Part shown: one piece after another, positions 57,221 through 64,000 of the stretch
How the letters are laid out: every line of letters begins with the position of its first letter
Numbering within the stretch: the first letter of the stretch is position 1
Assembly (NCBI GenBank): GCA_000092065.1
Contig: CP000586.1
Origin: Ostreococcus lucimarinus
Lineage: Eukaryota
DNA length: 64,000 bases
Strand: one strand, 5' to 3'
Translations under genes and position numbers: made by a program
The notes under the pieces: generated by a model
Seen by the model: only the letters and a program-made list of their open reading frames with translations
What the model was told of the DNA's origin: nothing
The model's database searches: none

Positions 57221-59029
57221 ATGGCGCGCGCGAACGCGCGCGCGCGGCGCGCGGACGACGACGACGATAAGTACGTCAAGGCATCGTCCGCGCGCGGCGT
57301 CGCCGCGGCGTCGACGCGCGCGCCCGCGTTCGCGAGTCCGCCGACGCACCGACCGTCGGCGAAGATGTTCGACGACGACGACGTCGCCCCGCGGAGCGTG
57401 AGCGCGCGCGCGACGCCCGCGCGCGACGACGGCGACGATGGCGATCGACGCGACGCGAGCGCGCGGCCGGCGCGGTTGAATTTCGACGACGAGGGCGTGC
57501 GAGGGGCGCTGGATAGACTGGCGTTTTCAAACTCGGTGGCGCAGGTGACGGACGCGTTCAGCGAGGTGCTGAACGACGCGAGCGATGAGGTGAACACGTA
57601 CGCGAGCAAAGCGGCGGAGACGCTGGCGAGATTTCAAGCGGCGCAGTTCGCGATGCAGTTCAATCCGATCGAAAGTGGGCTGAGCATGAAGCCGACGTAC
57701 GTGAAGGTGCCGGCGCAGACGGTGGAGGAATTGAAATTTTGGGAAAACGAAGATTTGCGGGCGTTGAAGATGAAACATTTAGAGGAGAAGCAACAGATCT
57801 TGGCGGAGAACGCGGGAATGCGAGCGTTGCTCGGGGATGAGGATTTTAGCGAGGCGATACAGGGGCTTCGTGAGACTGAGGACGGGGTGAATCGAGCGTT
57901 GTTGCTCGCGGCGGTGGAAGAGATTACGAATTTAAAGACGCGCGTGTCCGTCTTAGAGACGGAGGCGGCGAAGCAAAAGGTGAGCTCGAGTGGGTACGGT
58001 GGTATCACGTCCATGCTCGGCGGCGGCGGGTCCGGGGTGGACGCGGCACAGATGCAAAAATTGACGAGGGAGTTGGCGCGATTGGAAGAAAACAATTCGC
58101 GCATGACGTGGATGCTCGGCGAGAAGGAAAAGCAAATCAAAGAGGTTCGCGCGAAGTACACCGAAAGCGCCGCGTACGCGTTGCAGGAGAAACTGCAAGA
58201 GTGCATGGAAGTGCTCGAGGTGGCGTCGAATCTTCAAGGCGAACAATTGCAGTATCTGGAACAGCACGCGCTCTCCAAGCTCGAACTTTTGGACGACCAA
58301 ATCGCAGACATCCAAGTCCTGGCCGAGTCGAAGACCGAGCACCTGGCGCAGCTCCGAACGATCATGAAGCGATTCTTCATCGACGGAGACGAAGGGTCGG
58401 TGGACGTGCTCACATCCTTGACCGGCTTCCCCGCAGACGAAGGAAGGAAGCTCGTGCAGGCGCGACAATCCAGAAGCTTGACGGGCTTTCTCACGATGAT
58501 TGGCACCAAACTCACGCCCGCGGTGAACGCGGGCGTGAGCGCTGTGAACGCCGCGTCATCGATGATCGTCGCATGCGCGCCGCCGACTTCGAGCGCGACG
58601 AGTTCGGACGACGCCCTGAAAACGCTCGGCGTCGAAGACGACGACGAGAGCGCCGAGCAACCGACGACGCCGCCGGCGCCCGAGGAGACCTCCGCGCCGG
58701 AGAAAGACGCCCCGAAAGAGCGAGCGCCGGCACCGGCGCCGCCGACGAATGAAGTCACCGCCATCGCGCCGAAAGTCGAACCCGAACGACGCCGCCCGTC
58801 GCGCGCGGCGAAAAAGAAATCAACCGGTTTCGCCGGCTTTGACGATCCGGCGCTCGAAGCCAAGGCGCAAGCGGAGCGCGCGAAATCCCGCCAACCACTC
58901 CCCCAACCCAAACTCACCAAAGCCGCGGCGCGCGAGCGAGCGAAGCGCGCGCACCCCCCCCAAGACGCCCCCGGGGAGGGTTTCGCCGGTTTCGGCGACG
59001 ACCCGGACGCGTCGTCGGACGACGATTAG
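57221..59029 (+). CDS. Long coiled-coil protein (golgin-like), hypothetical
   Basis: About 600 aa. The N- and C-terminal regions are low-complexity and acidic with a D-rich tail, and the central region is heptad coiled coil. The track start at 57194 is GTG, with ATG at 57221. Confidence 0.4.
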   Translation: MARANARARRADDDDDKYVKASSARGVAAASTRAPAFASPPTHRPSAKMFDDDDVAPRSVSARATPARDDGDDGDRRDASARPARLNFDDEGVRGALDRLAFSNSVAQVTDAFSEVLNDASDEVNTYASKAAETLARFQAAQFAMQFNPIESGLSMKPTYVKVPAQTVEELKFWENEDLRALKMKHLEEKQQILAENAGMRALLGDEDFSEAIQGLRETEDGVNRALLLAAVEEITNLKTRVSVLETEAAKQKVSSSGYGGITSMLGGGGSGVDAAQMQKLTRELARLEENNSRMTWMLGEKEKQIKEVRAKYTESAAYALQEKLQECMEVLEVASNLQGEQLQYLEQHALSKLELLDDQIADIQVLAESKTEHLAQLRTIMKRFFIDGDEGSVDVLTSLTGFPADEGRKLVQARQSRSLTGFLTMIGTKLTPAVNAGVSAVNAASSMIVACAPPTSSATSSDDALKTLGVEDDDESAEQPTTPPAPEETSAPEKDAPKERAPAPAPPTNEVTAIAPKVEPERRRPSRAAKKKSTGFAGFDDPALEAKAQAERAKSRQPLPQPKLTKAAARERAKRAHPPQDAPGEGFAGFGDDPDASSDDD

Positions 59030-59087
59030 CTCAACGCGTAACGTTTGACATTAAATTAAAAATCGCGTCGACGTCCCGCCCGTCCCA

Positions 59088-59519
59088 TCACGCCGCGCGC
59101 GCCCTCGCCTCCGCCTCCACCGCGACCTCCCTCGCGTCCGCCGCCGCCGCGCGCGCCCTCGCCTCCGCCTCCGCCTCCGCCTCCGCCTCCGTCTCCGTCT
59201 CCGCCTCCGCCTCCGCCTCTGCCGCGCCCTCCGCGCGCTCGCCCTCCTCGCCCGTCATCGGTCCGTAATACTCCGGATCGCGCAGCATGCACTCCCGCAG
59301 CGCCGACGTCGTCTCGAAGCACGTCTCCACGAAATCCTCGTCCCGCGCCTTGGCCGCGTCCACGCACGCCTCCCACGCCGCGAACGCCGCGCGGCACGAC
59401 CCGCCCTTCATGTACTTGCAGAATCCGCACGTCTCCTCCTCCTCCTCGTCCTCGTCGCGCGCGTCGCTCGCGCGCGGCGCGTCGCTCGCGTCGCCCGCCG
59501 GTGCCGTCGCCGTCGCCAT
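59088..59519 (-). CDS. GCK-domain protein with acidic (EA)n tail
   Basis: CGFCKYMKGGSCRAAFAAWEACVDAAKARDEDFVETCFETTSALRECMLRDPEYYGPM matches the plant GCK domain (CGFC.FMKGGGC...). ATG at 59519. Only the C-terminal 143 aa of the 465-aa ORF are accepted. Confidence 0.65.
   Translation of the reverse strand: MATATAPAGDASDAPRASDARDEDEEEEETCGFCKYMKGGSCRAAFAAWEACVDAAKARDEDFVETCFETTSALRECMLRDPEYYGPMTGEEGERAEGAAEAEAEAETETEAEAEAEAEARARAAAADAREVAVEAEARARAA
59161..59220. repeat. (GCCTCC)n hexanucleotide repeat encoding (EA)n/(ET)n on the minus strand
   Basis: gcctccgcctccgcctccgcctccgcctccgtctccgtctccgcctccgcctccgcctct lies within the GCK-domain gene tail (EAEAEAETETEAEAEAEAEA). Confidence 0.8.
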
Positions 59520-59582
59520 CCCGCGGCCGCGCCCGCGCGCGCGTCGCCGTCTGCCGCACTCGTCGACGCGCGACGTCGAATC

Positions 59583-62500
59583 ATGACGACGCGCGCGGAC
59601 GCGTGCGCGCGGCTGCTCGACGACGCGGCGCGAGCGACGACGGACGACGACGCCGTCGACGCGCTCGCGCGCGTCGCGGCGATCGCGAGCGCGAGCGCGA
59701 GCGCGAACGACGCGGCGGAGGCGAGCGCGCTGACGGCAATCGTCGAGCGGGTGATCGAATTCGGACGCGCGGATAACGCGACGACGCGGAGAAGCGCGGC
59801 GAGCGCGTGCGAAACGCTGGGGAAGGCGCGCGAGGGATGGCTGGGGGCGTGCGCGCGCGCGCTGGGGGAGATGACGCGGGATGAAGACGCGGGGACGGCG
59901 AAGCGGGCGAGCGCGGGCGTCGGCGCGCTGTTTCGAGAGGCGTTGATCGTGAGCGCGGTGAAGGGAAACGCGACGCGAGTGGTGAAGACGGTGAAGGACG
60001 CGTGGAGCGCGGCGAGGGAGGCGATCGAAGGCGCGAGCGCGGTGGCGGTGGATGAGAGCGCGAACGAAGGGACGCGGATGGCGTGCGCGAAGACGACGGA
60101 GACGGCGATCCTGGCGCTCGCGGGCGAGGGTTGGGGATCGAACGTCGTGAAGCCGGGGCACAAGACGCTGAATTTGGAGGAGATGATGGCGGATGCGGTC
60201 GCGCTGTCGGAAAAATTGCAGGAGGCGCTGCGAAATTTGAGCGAAGGGGCGAAACCGACGGGACCGCTGGCGCTCGTGCTCGTGGCGGCGTTGGGGAAAT
60301 TGAGCGTGAAGAAGGCTGAGCTCGCCGCGGGGTGCACGCCGGTGCTCATCGCGTACGCGAAAGCGCACGCCGTGCGAGAAAAAGCTGAGATCGAGGCCAA
60401 CGAGCGGGCGTCGGCGGCGACGGCGAGCGTTAGTAAAGAGTTGAAGAACGTGTTGCTCGACGTGTTGCGCAACGGCCCGACGCAAGCCGTCGAGGGTGGG
60501 ATGATGAATGAAATTTCCACCATCTGTAGAGATCTAGGCGCGGGCGAAGCCGTCGACAGCGCGCTTCGTCACCGCGAGCGAACGAGTCGAGGGGAACCGC
60601 TCGGGGAAAAGCGCGCGAGCTTTTTGACCCCAATCGGCGGCGGTTTCAAGCGCGCGCGTCTGCGCGAACAAGTCCCGCCGCCGCCTCCACCGCAAATCGT
60701 GGCGGCGCCGATGACGGAACCGGGAATCCTGCATCAAATTTTAGTCACGCTCGCGGCTTTGGTGAATAGCGCCGATCGCTCCATGCTCGATGCCTTCATC
60801 ACGCAGCTGGCGCCGCCGGCTTTGGCGGATGCGATTCTCGCCAATCTCAACCACTTGCCGCCGGCGAGCCAGTACTACCTCGCTGGTCGCGGGGCGAACG
60901 CGCCGAGGCCGCCGCCACCGCCGCCCATCTCGACGATGGTTACCGTGCCGGAGCCACCCGAGGAACCGGCGGAACCGCTATCGGTCGTGATCAAGGTTGA
61001 CGACCTCGACGCCGAGGTCGCCGAGGCGTTTAGACTCGAAGCCATTCAGCGCATGCTCGCGGTTGGAAGTTCCGTGGCAGAGTACGGTGGGGCGGAGAAG
61101 GTCACTCTCGCTGGCCCGCTTCGCAGCTCATTGCTCGCCCGCTTAGCCGCGTCCGGGGCTGCAAAGTCAGCCGGCGCTTCGCTGGAAGAAGAGACGATGG
61201 CCATCGCGTCCGCGCTGCTCTTCACAGCCGAAGGCGGTGGTGTGTACGAGACAGAGGGTGTGAACATGCTCATGAAATGGCTCACGACACTGTATGCGCA
61301 AGAAGTTGCGTTTGAGTTTAGCTACGTGCCGTACGATCAGGCGATTTCTGCAGCCATAGAGTGTTTGACGCGCGGCGTCGCCGGGGCGACGTCCACGACG
61401 GCGATGGCGAGCGGGGCGAAGAAGCCGCTCTCACAGCTGTTGTGCGACGTGCCTTCGTTGCCGGGGGTCGTGTGGCGCGCTATCCGCGTGATGTGTAGAT
61501 TAGAGGAAGGTGATGAGACGGCGCAGTACCCGACGACGGAAGAAACCGTCGTCCTCGTGCTCGGCGTTTTGCAAGACATCATTTTGGAGCGGCCTCCAGC
61601 CCGGGACGAGGCGTTGGAGGTTTGCCTGGCGTGTGCGATGCAAGACGACGACGCCGTGCGCGGAAAAGCGATCCGTCTAATCGCTAATCGGTTACACCCG
61701 GTCAAGCATCTCACCGAACGCATCGAAGCGTACGCCAAGGATGGTCTCGAGCGCGGTCGGGAATTGGGCAAAAAGGCGCTCGTCGAAGCCAAGGCGCTCG
61801 TCGAAGCCGAGGCGAAAGTCAAAGAGGAGCAAGATGCGGCCAAGGCAGCGGCGGAGGAAGATGCGCCCGAAGACGATGCGATGGAGACAGGAACGGAAGC
61901 AAAGACGCTGGAGACGGAAGTAGAAGAAGAGCAGGTGGACCACATAGCGAAAGCCGCAGACTCCGCCGTCGGCCCGATGTTGCTGTATTGCGCTCTCTGC
62001 GCCAGAAATCTGAAGCTCTTAACCGGATTGTTCGAGGCGTACGCGACGCTCGAGCCAGAGATTCAGCTTGCGTTGCATCGACCGGTGAACGGCTTAGCGC
62101 GCGCGTGCGGACCAAACTGTTTGGAGCTTTGCGAAATCATCGCCTCGCCGCCGGAGGGTTCGCTTTCCCTCGCGGTGCAGTGCTTGAATACGCTCGCTTC
62201 CGTCGCCGTCGTTCCGGCACCCTCGACTTTGCTCAACGCGGCGGAGTCGCTGTGTGCCTCTCACGATGGCGATGTCAAATACCTCGCGCCACTCGTGTGC
62301 TCGTTCGACGAAGAACGAGTGCGCGATTTGCTCCCGCAGTTTATTCACGCCTCGAGCGAAATATTTGCGTCGGTTTTGGACACCATCTTGTCCGTGCCCG
62401 AAGAGGAGGCGGTGCTCAGCCCCGTCGCCATTCTCATCGCCGTGCACGAAGTTCAGGTTGGTCAAGCGGGCGTCACGCTCAAGCAGCTCGTGGATGCTTG

Positions 62501-62894
62501 TTCGGTGTGCTTCGATCGCCCGGACGTATTCACGCCGCAGGTGCTCGCCACGGCGCTTCAGCAAATGGTCGAGTTCACGCCGTTACCACTGCTCTTCATG
62601 CGCACCGTCATCCAAGCGGAAACCATCGCTCCGCAGCTCAAGGAATTTACCCTCGGCTTGCTACGCACGCTGATCAACCGTCAAGTGTGGAAGATGGACC
62701 AAAAGATTTGGGAAGGTTTCCTCCGATGCCTCAAGCGCGCGGCGCCGCAGTCGTTCCCGCTCATGGTCGAGCTCCCCGCTCCCGTCTTCGGCGACGTCTT
62801 GCAGAAATTCCCCGCGCTCAAGGACAATTTGCGTCAATTCGCCGCCAAGTCGTCCGTCCCGAAAGCGATCGCCGCCGTGTTAAACGAGCCCTAG
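59583..62894 (+). CDS. SYMPK: Symplekin (mRNA 3'-end processing scaffold)
   Basis: 1103 aa with HEAT-like N-terminal repeats. The C-terminal symplekin domain RQVWKMDQKIWEGFLRCLKRAAPQSFPLMVELPAPVFGDVLQKFPALKDNL matches metazoan [31 protein letters not shown]. ATG at 59583. Confidence 0.8.
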   Translation: MTTRADACARLLDDAARATTDDDAVDALARVAAIASASASANDAAEASALTAIVERVIEFGRADNATTRRSAASACETLGKAREGWLGACARALGEMTRDEDAGTAKRASAGVGALFREALIVSAVKGNATRVVKTVKDAWSAAREAIEGASAVAVDESANEGTRMACAKTTETAILALAGEGWGSNVVKPGHKTLNLEEMMADAVALSEKLQEALRNLSEGAKPTGPLALVLVAALGKLSVKKAELAAGCTPVLIAYAKAHAVREKAEIEANERASAATASVSKELKNVLLDVLRNGPTQAVEGGMMNEISTICRDLGAGEAVDSALRHRERTSRGEPLGEKRASFLTPIGGGFKRARLREQVPPPPPPQIVAAPMTEPGILHQILVTLAALVNSADRSMLDAFITQLAPPALADAILANLNHLPPASQYYLAGRGANAPRPPPPPPISTMVTVPEPPEEPAEPLSVVIKVDDLDAEVAEAFRLEAIQRMLAVGSSVAEYGGAEKVTLAGPLRSSLLARLAASGAAKSAGASLEEETMAIASALLFTAEGGGVYETEGVNMLMKWLTTLYAQEVAFEFSYVPYDQAISAAIECLTRGVAGATSTTAMASGAKKPLSQLLCDVPSLPGVVWRAIRVMCRLEEGDETAQYPTTEETVVLVLGVLQDIILERPPARDEALEVCLACAMQDDDAVRGKAIRLIANRLHPVKHLTERIEAYAKDGLERGRELGKKALVEAKALVEAEAKVKEEQDAAKAAAEEDAPEDDAMETGTEAKTLETEVEEEQVDHIAKAADSAVGPMLLYCALCARNLKLLTGLFEAYATLEPEIQLALHRPVNGLARACGPNCLELCEIIASPPEGSLSLAVQCLNTLASVAVVPAPSTLLNAAESLCASHDGDVKYLAPLVCSFDEERVRDLLPQFIHASSEIFASVLDTILSVPEEEAVLSPVAILIAVHEVQVGQAGVTLKQLVDACSVCFDRPDVFTPQVLATALQQMVEFTPLPLLFMRTVIQAETIAPQLKEFTLGLLRTLINRQVWKMDQKIWEGFLRCLKRAAPQSFPLMVELPAPVFGDVLQKFPALKDNLRQFAAKSSVPKAIAAVLNEP

Positions 62895-62984
62895 TCGTCT
62901 TGTAACGCAACGTCCCGAACGCTTGGAGTTACCCTAATCGCCGATCGACGCCTCACATTTCGCCGCGTCGAAATCGTCCTCGCC

Positions 62985-63251
62985 ATGGCGTCCGCCGCGG
63001 ATCGATTGAACATCACGTCTCAGCTCGAGCACTTGCAGTCTCGACACGTCGGCACGGGCCATCCCGACGCCACGCGACACGAATGGGCGGTGAACATTCA
63101 TCGCGATTCCTACGCGTCGTACGTCAGTCATCACCCGATGGCGATGTACTTCGCCGTCGCCAACGGCGAGAGCGTGGGACGGATGAAGTACGAGTTCACG
63201 CAGAAGATGTTGCTTCCGTGTGGGCTGCCGCCGGATCTCGAGGAGGAGTGA
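62985..63251 (+). CDS. SF3B5: Splicing factor 3B subunit 5 (SF3b10)
   Basis: DRLNITSQLEHLQSRHVGTGHPDATRHEWAVNIHRDSYASYVSHHPMAMYFAVANGESVGRMKYEFTQKMLLPCG matches human SF3B5 DRYTIHSQLEHLQSKYIGTGHADTTKWEWLVNQHRDSYCSYMGH along its whole length. ATG at 62985. Confidence 0.9.
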   Translation: MASAADRLNITSQLEHLQSRHVGTGHPDATRHEWAVNIHRDSYASYVSHHPMAMYFAVANGESVGRMKYEFTQKMLLPCGLPPDLEEE

Positions 63252-63529
63252 GTTGGGTGGAATGAAGCGCGGGATCGTCGTCGGAGGCGATCGCTCGCTC
63301 GGGCGGGGGAGTTAGTCGATTAGATTGTTAGAGAAGGCTTTGTGAATAAGTAATTTGTGTAATCATTATGAGTTAAGAGGGACGTGAACGCGTGAAGCTA
63401 TGAGCTCGCGCTCGCGCGCGGTGCGCGAAGTCGGTTCTTCTCCCCGGCGAAACCGAAACGGTCGTCGACGCGAATGGAAAATCAACGCGTGAAATCCTCG
63501 TGTGAAAAGTGTCCAGACTCGGTCGTCGA

Positions 63530-64000
63530 CTACATGCCGACGACGCGCATAACTTGCGAAGATCGACCACCACGGCACATGGCGATGGAGCCGACGATGA
63601 CGGCGATGACGGCGACGACGAACGAAACCGCGGCGAGCGCGAGGGTGCGCTCGTCGGCGGCGTCGTCGTTGCCCGTCTTCGCCGCGAGTTCAGTTTTGAG
63701 GGCGGCGACGGACGCTTCGAGAGCGGCGATGTTCTTCTTGAAGAGCCCGCGCTCGTAATCGGCGTACGTTTGACGCTTATAGCTGAAAGTGTGAACGCCC
63801 ATCCCGACGTTTGTGGCGGGCGCCGACGCGCCTGATGAGTCGACAAAAGTCCAAATCGGGGCGGCCACAGCGCTTGTGAAGTGGGAAGTGACGGCGTCTC
63901 GGACTGCAGCGGCGAGAGCTCCGGGAAGCGGGTAGAAGTAGAAATCCGTAATCTTGTCTTGAATAGCGGAGCTGAGCATGTACTCGACGAACGCAAGCAC
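63530..64000 (-). CDS. Partial ORF running off the window end; hypothetical tail-anchored protein
   Basis: The minus-strand ORF reaches the window edge, so the N-terminus is missing. C-terminal TM LALAAVSFVVAVIAVIVGSIAM. No family recognised. An alternative overlapping frame at 63373..63996 was rejected. Confidence 0.25.
   Translation of the reverse strand: MLAFVEYMLSSAIQDKITDFYFYPLPGALAAAVRDAVTSHFTSAVAAPIWTFVDSSGASAPATNVGMGVHTFSYKRQTYADYERGLFKKNIAALEASVAALKTELAAKTGNDDAADERTLALAAVSFVVAVIAVIVGSIAMCRGGRSSQVMRVVGM

Noticed and set aside
56371-57609. 412-aa minus ORF and 231-aa plus ORF overlapping the NusG / coiled-coil genes
   Set aside because: G/R/A/D low-complexity translations of repeat-containing sequence. 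No domain signal.
59408-60523. 371-aa and 465-aa minus ORFs antisense to symplekin
   Set aside because: Only the last 143 codons of the 465-aa ORF (the GCK domain gene, 59088..59519) are credible. The rest is A/S/R-rich antisense of the symplekin N-terminus.
63373-63996. 207-aa minus ORF in a second frame overlapping 63530..64000
   Set aside because: S/P/R-rich low-complexity. The alternative frame with a TM tail is marginally more protein-like, and neither has homology.
1-64000. Possibility that the window is a GC-rich bacterial (e.g. actinobacterial) segment containing a defence island, given bacterial-type topA, gatA, prfA, nusG, msrA
   Set aside because: Eukaryote-specific genes are interleaved throughout (SF3B3, SF3B5, TFIIH p44, symplekin, Rab21, SEC12, UBC6, a Cav-like channel). 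The bacterial-type genes carry N-terminal presequences consistent with nuclear-encoded organellar proteins. There are no operon-like co-oriented arrays, CRISPR repeats or recognisable RBS patterns.

Overview
This 64-kb window reads as nuclear DNA from a GC-rich, very gene-dense green alga, and Mamiellophyceae or a Micromonas-like species is the most plausible source. The reasons are plant- and green-lineage genes (GAPN, raffinose synthase, a CCA1/RVE-type MYB, DUF506, a GCK domain protein), eukaryote-only machinery (SF3B3, SF3B5, TFIIH p44, symplekin, Rab21, SEC12) and a flagellar DUF4200 coiled-coil gene. I call about 43 protein-coding genes on both strands, mostly as single uninterrupted ORFs. 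Intergenic spacers are often under 250 bp and several divergent gene pairs sit only 35-65 bp apart. There is one tRNA-Thr(AGU), and many in-frame trinucleotide microsatellites encode poly-Thr, poly-Gly and (EA)n tracts. Nothing prokaryotic is present (no operons, CRISPR or defence islands). The bacterial-type genes here (type IA topoisomerase, GatA, RF1, NusG, an S4 protein, MsrA) carry N-terminal presequences and look like nuclear genes for organelle proteins. The ORF track sometimes begins an ORF at GTG, and the high GC content produces long spurious antisense ORFs; where I could read it I trimmed starts to the first ATG. The most interesting observations are two apparent Rosetta-stone gene fusions: a complete GatA amidotransferase joined in frame to a complete release factor RF1, and a PPIE-type cyclophilin joined to splicing factor SYF2. 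Other points of note are a GIY-YIG nuclease with two CCHC zinc knuckles, an MsrA-like protein lacking the catalytic cysteine, a type IA topoisomerase with a C-terminal HMG box, a SAP-NusG protein, a 4-domain EEEE Cav-like channel, and a DnaJ gene separated from the next ORF by a single in-frame TAA.
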